Shown one piece after another: positions 57,270 through 64,000 of a stretch of 64,000 nucleotides of DNA (positions are counted from its first letter, which is position 1; the number at the start of each line of letters is the position of its first letter). The position numbers were made by a program, and so were the translations under genes. Location: the NCBI GenBank assembly GCA_947629375.1, contig CANRDN010000004.1:8168-72167 (forward strand), in the 5' to 3' direction. Source of the stretch: an uncultured Bacilli bacterium (GTDB lineage Bacteria > Bacillota_I > Bacilli_A > RF39 > UBA660). The notes beneath the pieces are model-generated. The model saw nothing but the letters and a program-made list of their open reading frames with translations. It did no database searches and had not been told where the DNA came from.

Positions 57270-57860
57270 ATGATAATTACTAGTGATATTCTAAAAGAAA
57301 AAATGCAAAATTACTCTAATAAAGATACTAAATTATCAAGAGAAGTGAAAGCAGGTAAAATATTTAAAATAATAAATGGATTATATGAAACCAATCCCAA
57401 TACTCCTGGTTATCTACTTGCAGGCAGTATATATGGTCCATCTTATATTTCTTTTGAATATGCTTTATCATACTATGGTTTAATACCTGAAAGGGTAAAT
57501 ACAGTTACTTGTGCGACTTTTCATAAAAAAAAGAAAAAAAGATATGTTAATAGTTTTGGAATATTCACATATAGAGATGTACCAGATATGGCTTATCCAG
57601 AATATATTTTATTGAAAATGGAAGATGGCTACTCTTACCAAATTGCCACTCCTGAAAAGGCTTTGTGTGATAAGATATACACTTTATCTCCATTAAGTAA
57701 TTATAATAACATTGAAAATATGTTGTTTAACGATTTAAGAATTGATGAAGAAGAATTTCAAAAGTTAGATGTAAATAAAGTTGAAAGATTAAGTGATTTA
57801 TATCACTCAACTAATGTTAAATTGCTTGCTAAATATATGAGGAGGAATTTGAATGAATAA
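57270..57860 (+). CDS. abiEi: Type IV toxin-antitoxin / abortive infection antitoxin AbiEi family
   Basis: GLYETNPNTPGYLLAGSIYGPSYISFEYALSYYGLIPE matches the AbiEi pattern. Overlaps the AbiEii gene by 8 nt. Start at ATG 57270 behind GAGGTGA. Confidence 0.7.
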   Translation: MIITSDILKEKMQNYSNKDTKLSREVKAGKIFKIINGLYETNPNTPGYLLAGSIYGPSYISFEYALSYYGLIPERVNTVTCATFHKKKKKRYVNSFGIFTYRDVPDMAYPEYILLKMEDGYSYQIATPEKALCDKIYTLSPLSNYNNIENMLFNDLRIDEEEFQKLDVNKVERLSDLYHSTNVKLLAKYMRRNLNE

Positions 57861-58719
57861 TGTTATTGAACAGATGTTAATGTCATATGACATAAAAACA
57901 ACAAATGATGAAGTTAATGCTTTAAAAGAGATTATTCAAGAATTGGTGCTTTCAGGTTTATCTCGAGGAGGATTTTTTAACGAAGCAGCATTTTATGGTG
58001 GAACAGCACTAAGAATTTTTTACAAATTAGATCGTTTTTCTGAAGATTTAGATTTTGCTTTACTTAGTCCAAACAAGGAATTTAACTTAAGTAAATATTT
58101 TGAATTCATCGAAAAAGAAGTAAAGTCATATGGTTTAAATTTAGAAATCTATGCTAAGCAAAAACATAATGCAACAAATATATCTTCTGCTTTCTTAAAG
58201 GGAGATACCTTAGAACACATTTTGAAATTTTTCCCTAATGAAAAGAATAGTTCATATAGCCATACTTTAAAAGATATAAAAATAAAATTTGAAATAGATA
58301 TTAATCCTCCAAAGGGTGCAACATATGAGATGCAATATAAATTGCTACCAAGCCCACATCAAATAAGATTATATGATAAGTCATCTTTATTGGCAGGAAA
58401 AATTCACGCAATATTATGTCGTAATTGGAAGAAGAGGATAAAGGGAAGAGATTTATATGATTATGTATTTTTTATTGCTAATAATGTCAATGTAAATATT
58501 GAATTGTTGAAAAACAAATTAGTTGAATCAAAGTACATTGATGAAGATGAACCCTTTAATTTAGATATTCTAAAAAAATTATTATCAGATAAATTTAAAG
58601 AAATAAATTATACAGAAGCTAAAGAAGATGTTATACCGTTTATTAAAGATATTAGTAGTTTGGAATTATGGAATAGTGACTTCTTTATAAAAATTACCGA
58701 ACAATTGAGCAGTTTATAA
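57853..58719 (+). CDS. abiEii: Nucleotidyltransferase AbiEii/AbiGii toxin family
   Basis: FYGGTALRIFYKLDRFSEDLDFAL (GG-x-AL...R-x-S-x-DLDF) nucleotidyltransferase signature. 288 aa. Confidence 0.75.
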   Translation: MNNVIEQMLMSYDIKTTNDEVNALKEIIQELVLSGLSRGGFFNEAAFYGGTALRIFYKLDRFSEDLDFALLSPNKEFNLSKYFEFIEKEVKSYGLNLEIYAKQKHNATNISSAFLKGDTLEHILKFFPNEKNSSYSHTLKDIKIKFEIDINPPKGATYEMQYKLLPSPHQIRLYDKSSLLAGKIHAILCRNWKKRIKGRDLYDYVFFIANNVNVNIELLKNKLVESKYIDEDEPFNLDILKKLLSDKFKEINYTEAKEDVIPFIKDISSLELWNSDFFIKITEQLSSL

Positions 58720-58834
58720 TTATCTATATTTTATTGCTTATTTGTTTTTAAACATCTCTTAACACTTTAAAGAATAATTGATTAAAAAATATCTTGAAAA
58801 CGAAATGCTTTTGTTGTAATATAAGGTTACGAAA

Positions 58835-58876
58835 GGAGTTAACTATAATTTTTTGTTGTAGTTAACTCCATTTTTT
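58835..58876 (+). terminator. Strong hairpin plus T tract upstream of the methyltransferase/rpoB genes (terminator of abiE or attenuator)
   Basis: GGAGTTAACTA / TAGTTAACTCC 11-bp perfect stem with a 13-nt loop, followed by ATTTTTTCTTT. Confidence 0.6.
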
Positions 58877-58896
58877 CTTTCTAAAGGACGGATAAG

Positions 58897-59490
58897 ATGA
58901 GCCAATATTTTGATAATGTAGCACTACCTAGTAACATTGTAGAATTTGAAACACATTTTTTAGATAATAAATTTAGATTTAAAACAGATAATGGAGTTTT
59001 CTCAAAAGAGAAATTGGACTTTGGAACTAGACTTCTTCTTGAAAACTTACCGATAAAAGAAATATCTGGAGATATTCTTGACCTTGGATGTGGGTATGGT
59101 GTTGTAAGTATCATACTTTCGAGATTTGTAGATGCCAAGTTCGATGCAGTCGATGTTAATAAAAGAGCACTTCATTTATTAGAAATGAATATTAAACTTA
59201 ATAATTCGAGTGACATTACTTTCTTTGAAAGTAATTGTTATGACTCTATAGATAAAGATAAACTATATGATTATATAATTACTAATCCTCCAATTAGAGC
59301 TGGTAAAGATATAGTTTATAAAATGCTTAGAGGAGCAAAAGAACATTTAAAACCTGGAGGCCTTCTTTACTTTGTAATGAGAAAAGATCACGGTGCTAAA
59401 ACAGCAATAAGAGATATATCAGACATATACAATTCTGAAATTATTTGTAAAGAAAAAGGTTTTTTTGTAATAAAATGTTTTTTGCGTTGA
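58897..59490 (+). CDS. ybxB: Class I SAM-dependent methyltransferase (RsmC/RlmG small-domain type; B. subtilis YbxB position)
   Basis: LDLGCGYGVV SAM motif and ITNPPIRAGK (NPPxH/R-like) motif. Sits between rplL and rpoB, as ybxB does in B. subtilis. Confidence 0.7.
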   Translation: MSQYFDNVALPSNIVEFETHFLDNKFRFKTDNGVFSKEKLDFGTRLLLENLPIKEISGDILDLGCGYGVVSIILSRFVDAKFDAVDVNKRALHLLEMNIKLNNSSDITFFESNCYDSIDKDKLYDYIITNPPIRAGKDIVYKMLRGAKEHLKPGGLLYFVMRKDHGAKTAIRDISDIYNSEIICKEKGFFVIKCFLR

Positions 59491-59586
59491 CAACTTGAAT
59501 TATTTGTGTTATTAATATAAATTGGCTACGTATTAGATTGGGCTATTTTGTTCTTTGTAAAATTATTGTAATAGGGGTGAATTTTA

Positions 59587-62500
59587 GTGGCATATAAGGT
59601 TATTAATTGTGGTGAACACAGACAAAGAAGAAGTTTTTCTAGAATTAGAAATACCTATGAACTAACAGACTTGTTAGAGATTCAAAAAAAGTCATATCAG
59701 TGGTTTATTGAAACTGGTATTAAAGAAGTTTTTGATGATTTATTCCCTGTTGAAAACTTTTCAGGTACTTTATCATTAGAATTTGGTGATTATCATTTCG
59801 ACGAACCAAGATATAGTATCAGACAAAGTAAAGATAGAGAGACTACTTATGCAGCACCATTAAAGGTTGAAGTTAGATTATTCAACCACGAAACTGGTGA
59901 AGTTAAAGAGCAAGAAATCTTTTTAGGTGATATGCCTATAATGACTGATAGTGGATCTTTTGTAATTAATGGAGCAGAGCGTGTTATCGTTTCTCAATTA
60001 GTAAGATCTCCTAGTGTTTACTTTAATCGTGAAGTAGACAAAAACGGAAGAAGTAGTATTACTTCTCAAATAATTCCAACACGTGGAACTTGGTTAGAGT
60101 ATGAAACAGATGCCAAGGATGTTTTGTATGTAAGAATTGATAGAACTAGAAAAGTTCCTCTTACTACACTTTTGCGTGCTTTTGGACTTTCTAGTGATGA
60201 AGATATCCTTAAATTATTTGGTAAAGATGAATATATTGAAAACACTTTAGCAAAGGATTCAACTAGAAATACAGATGAAGCATTAATTGAAATTTATGAA
60301 AAATTAAGACCAGGAGAACCATCTACACTTGATTCTTCTAAAAACCAAATTATTACTAGATTCTTCGATGAATTTAGATATGATTTAGCTCGTGTTGGTC
60401 GTTATAAATTTAATCGTAAATTAAATGTACTTGATAGAGTACTTAATCAAACACTTGCTGAAGACATTAAAGTTAACGGTGAAGTTGTAATTGAAAAAGG
60501 TACAGTTGTAGACAAAGATGTATTTAATAAATTAAAAGAAATATATGCAGATGGATACAATTTGGTTCCTGCTAAAATTAATGAAGAATTAGATACATAT
60601 GATAAGATTCAAACAATAAAGATTTATAATCCTAATAATAAGAAGGAAGTATTTACTTTAATTGGTAATGATCAATCAATAGATGTTAAGAGATTAACTA
60701 TATCTGATGTTTATGCATCTGTATCATATTATTTAAATTTATTACACGGATTTGGTAATTTTGATGAAATAGACCACTTAGGAAATCGTCGTGTAAGACA
60801 AGTTGGAGAACTATTACAAAATCAATTTAGAATTGGTGTATCTCGTATGGAAAGAGTTATTCGTGAGAGAATGACTACTCAAGAGATGGAAGAAGTTACT
60901 CCAAAAACATTAATTAATATAAGACCTATTACAGCAGCAATGAAAGAGTTCTTTGGTTCAAGCCAATTATCTCAATTTATGGATCAAACTAACCCAATTG
61001 CTGAATTAACAAATAAAAGACGTTTATCTGCTTTAGGACCAGGAGGACTTTCTCGTGATAGAGCAGGTATGGAAGTTCGTGACGTTAACGCTTCTCACTA
61101 TGGTAGAATTTGTCCAATTGAGTCTCCAGAAGGACAAAACATCGGACTTATTACATCACTTGCAAGTTATGCCAAGATTGATGATTATGGATTCATAATG
61201 ACTCCATATAGAAAAGTAGTTGATAAGAAATTAACTGACCAAGTAGATTACTTAACAGCAGATCAAGAAGCAGATATGATGATATCAATTGCTACTGTAT
61301 CTGTTGATGAAAACAATATGATGACTGATGAAGTTGTTCCAGCAAGATTCCGTGGTGAAAACTTACTTGTTAAACCTGAACAAGTTGACTATGTAGACGT
61401 ATCACCTCAACAAGTTGTAGCTGTTACAACAAGCTGTATCCCATTCCTTGAACACGATGATGCAACTCGTGCCTTGATGGGTGCAAATATGCAACGTCAG
61501 TCAGTACCACTATTAAAAGCAGAAGCACCATTAGTTGGAACAGGTGTAGAATATGTTGCTGCTCGTGATTCCGGTGTAGAAGTTTTATCTAAAGCTGATG
61601 GTGTTGTCGAATATGTCGATGCAAGAAAAATAGTTGTTAAAAATAAAGAAGGAAAAGACGAATATCACTTATCTAACTTTGAACTTTCAAATGCTGGTAC
61701 TTGCCAACATCAAAGACCAATAGTAAAAGTTGGAGATAAAGTAAAACGTGGATCAGTTTTAGCTGATGGACCTTCTACAGACCAAGGAGAACTTGCTCTT
61801 GGTAAAAATGTTGTTGTAGCATTTATGACATTTAATGGATACAACTACGAGGATGCTGTAATCCTTAACGAAAGACTAGTTAAAAATGATGTATATACTG
61901 GTATTCACCTAGAAGACTTTGAAATGCAATGCCGTGAAACTAAATTAGGACCAGAAGAGATAACTCGTGATATTCCTAACGTTTCAGAAGAAGCAAGAAA
62001 GAACCTAGATGAAAATGGTATCGTTATAGTAGGAACAGAAGTTAAAGAAGGAGATATCCTTGTTGGTAAAGTTACACCTAAGGGAATGGCTGAATTAACT
62101 TCAGAAGAAAAATTACTACACGCAATATTTGGAGAAAAGACTCGTGAAGTAAGAGATACATCTTTACGTGTTCCACACGGTGGAGATGGAATTGTTCACG
62201 ATGTTAAAGTATTCTCAAGAAAAGATAATGATGAATTACCAGCTGGAGTTTCTAAAGTAATTCGTGTATATATTGCACAAAAGAGAAAGATTCAAGTTGG
62301 AGATAAAATGTCAGGTCGTCACGGAAATAAAGGTGTTATTTCCCTTGTACTTCCTGAGGAAGATATGCCTTATTTACCAGATGGTAGAACAGTTGATATA
62401 ATGCTTAACCCACAAGGTGTTCCATCTCGTATGAATATCGGACAAGTACTTGAAATGCACTTAGGAATGGCTGCTAAAGAATTAGGAGTACACGTTGCAA

Positions 62501-63210
62501 CACCAGTATTTGATGGTGCTAAGACAGAAGATATTGCTGAAATGATGAAAGAAGCAGGAATGTCTGAAGATGGTAAATACACATTGTATGATGGTAGAAC
62601 TGGTGAACCATTCGATAATAGAATTACTGTTGGTGTAATGTATATGATTAAACTACACCATATGGTAGATGATAAATTACACGCTCGTTCAACTGGACCT
62701 TACTCAATGGTTACTCAACAACCACTTGGAGGTAAAGCACAGTTCGGTGGACAGAGATTTGGAGAAATGGAAGTTTGGGCTCTTGAAGCATATGGAGCTG
62801 CAAATACATTACAAGAAGTTATTACTTACAAATCTGACGATATAATTGGTCGTGTTAAAGTTTATGAAGCCCTAATCAAAGGACAAGAAGTTAACCAAGC
62901 TGGAGTTCCAGAAAGCTTTAGAGTTCTTATGAAAGAGTTCCAAGCTCTAGGACTTGATATAAGCATAATTAACGATAAGAATGAAACAGTTGGACTTAAA
63001 GAGATGGAAGAAGAGGAAGATAGAGAAGAACTTGAACAACTTGCACCAACAACAACTGATGACTTACCACTTCCACCGCCAAGCGATCCTGACGATAACT
63101 ATAATCCAGAATCAGAAGATGAAGATGATGATGAACTTTCTGATGATGAAATAGATAAAGAATTCAGTGAAGTATATGAAAATGAATTTATGGAAGGAGA
63201 AGATGAATAA
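59587..63210 (+). CDS. rpoB: DNA-directed RNA polymerase subunit beta, with acidic C-terminal tail
   Basis: GTG start behind GGGGTGA. Conserved blocks include [19 protein letters not shown] and [18 protein letters not shown]. The last 70 aa or so are Asp/Glu-rich. Confidence 0.97.
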   Translation: MAYKVINCGEHRQRRSFSRIRNTYELTDLLEIQKKSYQWFIETGIKEVFDDLFPVENFSGTLSLEFGDYHFDEPRYSIRQSKDRETTYAAPLKVEVRLFNHETGEVKEQEIFLGDMPIMTDSGSFVINGAERVIVSQLVRSPSVYFNREVDKNGRSSITSQIIPTRGTWLEYETDAKDVLYVRIDRTRKVPLTTLLRAFGLSSDEDILKLFGKDEYIENTLAKDSTRNTDEALIEIYEKLRPGEPSTLDSSKNQIITRFFDEFRYDLARVGRYKFNRKLNVLDRVLNQTLAEDIKVNGEVVIEKGTVVDKDVFNKLKEIYADGYNLVPAKINEELDTYDKIQTIKIYNPNNKKEVFTLIGNDQSIDVKRLTISDVYASVSYYLNLLHGFGNFDEIDHLGNRRVRQVGELLQNQFRIGVSRMERVIRERMTTQEMEEVTPKTLINIRPITAAMKEFFGSSQLSQFMDQTNPIAELTNKRRLSALGPGGLSRDRAGMEVRDVNASHYGRICPIESPEGQNIGLITSLASYAKIDDYGFIMTPYRKVVDKKLTDQVDYLTADQEADMMISIATVSVDENNMMTDEVVPARFRGENLLVKPEQVDYVDVSPQQVVAVTTSCIPFLEHDDATRALMGANMQRQSVPLLKAEAPLVGTGVEYVAARDSGVEVLSKADGVVEYVDARKIVVKNKEGKDEYHLSNFELSNAGTCQHQRPIVKVGDKVKRGSVLADGPSTDQGELALGKNVVVAFMTFNGYNYEDAVILNERLVKNDVYTGIHLEDFEMQCRETKLGPEEITRDIPNVSEEARKNLDENGIVIVGTEVKEGDILVGKVTPKGMAELTSEEKLLHAIFGEKTREVRDTSLRVPHGGDGIVHDVKVFSRKDNDELPAGVSKVIRVYIAQKRKIQVGDKMSGRHGNKGVISLVLPEEDMPYLPDGRTVDIMLNPQGVPSRMNIGQVLEMHLGMAAKELGVHVATPVFDGAKTEDIAEMMKEAGMSEDGKYTLYDGRTGEPFDNRITVGVMYMIKLHHMVDDKLHARSTGPYSMVTQQPLGGKAQFGGQRFGEMEVWALEAYGAANTLQEVITYKSDDIIGRVKVYEALIKGQEVNQAGVPESFRVLMKEFQALGLDISIINDKNETVGLKEMEEEEDREELEQLAPTTTDDLPLPPPSDPDDNYNPESEDEDDDELSDDEIDKEFSEVYENEFMEGEDE

Positions 63211-64000
63211 TGATAGAAGTAAACAAATTTGAAGCATTAAAAATTGGTATTGCTTCTCCCGAAAAAATTCGTAGTTGGTCATATGGTGAAGTTAAAAAGC
63301 CTGAAACAATTAACTATAGAACACTTCGTCCAGAACGCGATGGATTATTCTGTGAAAAGATTTTCGGACCAACAAAAGATTTTGAATGTGCTTGTGGAAA
63401 GTACAAAAGAGTTAGATATAAAAATATAGTTTGTGATAGATGTGGAGTTGAGGTTACTCGTAGCAAAGTTCGTCGTGAACGTATGGGTCATATTGAACTT
63501 GCTACTCCAGTATCACATATTTGGTACTTCAAAGGTGTACCATCTCGTATGGGACTTGTACTTGATATGTCTCCAAGAGATTTGGAAGAAGTATTATACT
63601 TTGTTAGTTATGTTGTAATTGATAAAGGAATTGCACCTTTAGAAGATAAGCAAACATTATCTGAAAAAGAATATCGTCAATATTATGAAAAATATGGTGA
63701 TGGTTTCAAAGTAGGAATGGGTGCTGAAGCTATTAAAGAGTTATTAAAGAAAATAGATCTTGAAAAAGAAATAGCTCAAATAGAAAAAGAATTAGAAAAT
63801 GCTCAAGGACAGAAGAGAACAAGACTTGTTAAGAGACTTGATGTACTTGATGCTTTCTATAAATCAGGAAATAAACCTGAATGGATGATATTTGATTGTA
63901 TCCCAGTTATTCCACCAGATTTAAGACCAATGATTCAACTTGATGGTGGAAGATTTGCTACAAGTGATTTAAATGATTTATATAGAAGAGTTATTAACCG
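63210..64000 (+). CDS. rpoC: DNA-directed RNA polymerase subunit beta-prime, N-terminal part (runs off window end)
   Basis: Not in the ORF track because it is open at the edge. ATG 63210 overlaps the rpoB TAA. My translation is [83 protein letters not shown]...[21 protein letters not shown]. Confidence 0.95.
   Translation, partial: MIEVNKFEALKIGIASPEKIRSWSYGEVKKPETINYRTLRPERDGLFCEKIFGPTKDFECACGKYKRVRYKNIVCDRCGVEVTRSKVRRERMGHIELATPVSHIWYFKGVPSRMGLVLDMSPRDLEEVLYFVSYVVIDKGIAPLEDKQTLSEKEYRQYYEKYGDGFKVGMGAEAIKELLKKIDLEKEIAQIEKELENAQGQKRTRLVKRLDVLDAFYKSGNKPEWMIFDCIPVIPPDLRPMIQLDGGRFATSDLNDLYRRVIN

Noticed and set aside
63244-63618. Two 61-aa + strand ORFs listed in the track after rpoB
   Set aside because: They are out of frame with respect to rpoC. 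rpoC starts at 63210 and reads cleanly to the window end but is missing from the track because it has no stop in the window.

Overview
AT-rich Bacillota-type chromosomal window; the order cannot be assigned without a search. All family calls rest on motifs I recognised in the supplied translations, since no homology search was possible. Most genes are on the + strand and are core housekeeping genes with Bacillus-like synteny. They are ychF; a ten-gene NAD salvage block (pncA, pncB, nadE, nadD, P-loop protein, prs, pncC, nrtR-like); rpsF-ssb-rpsR; divIC-like; tilS-ftsH; dusB; a ClpC-like ATPase; prfB with its programmed +1 frameshift; ftsEX plus an M23 hydrolase; uvrB and uvrA; lgt; and secE-nusG-rplKAJL-rpoBC. 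Several accessory segments interrupt this backbone. (1) 1-10955 holds a minus-strand sipW operon with at least four TasA/camelysin-like paralogs. It is divergent from a roughly 2450-aa vWA plus 8x CnaB-like surface protein, across a 563-bp intergenic region carrying three copies of a 19-bp palindrome. (2) 35754-41540 encodes a 1928-aa protein with a signal peptide, cohesin-like module, TM hairpin, canonical dockerin and an alternating two-module repeat array. (3) 41580-44822 holds an internally deleted tnpB remnant next to a translationally coupled orphan pair (60 aa acidic, 749 aa glycine-zipper membrane protein) on the minus strand. (4) 47024-48805 holds a small radical SAM/SPASM enzyme plus a membrane protein with an Asn/Tyr repeat tail, wedged between uvrB and uvrA. 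(5) 57222-58719 is an AbiEi/AbiEii module inserted between rplL and the ybxB-like methyltransferase/rpoB. I saw no rRNA, tRNA or CRISPR array.
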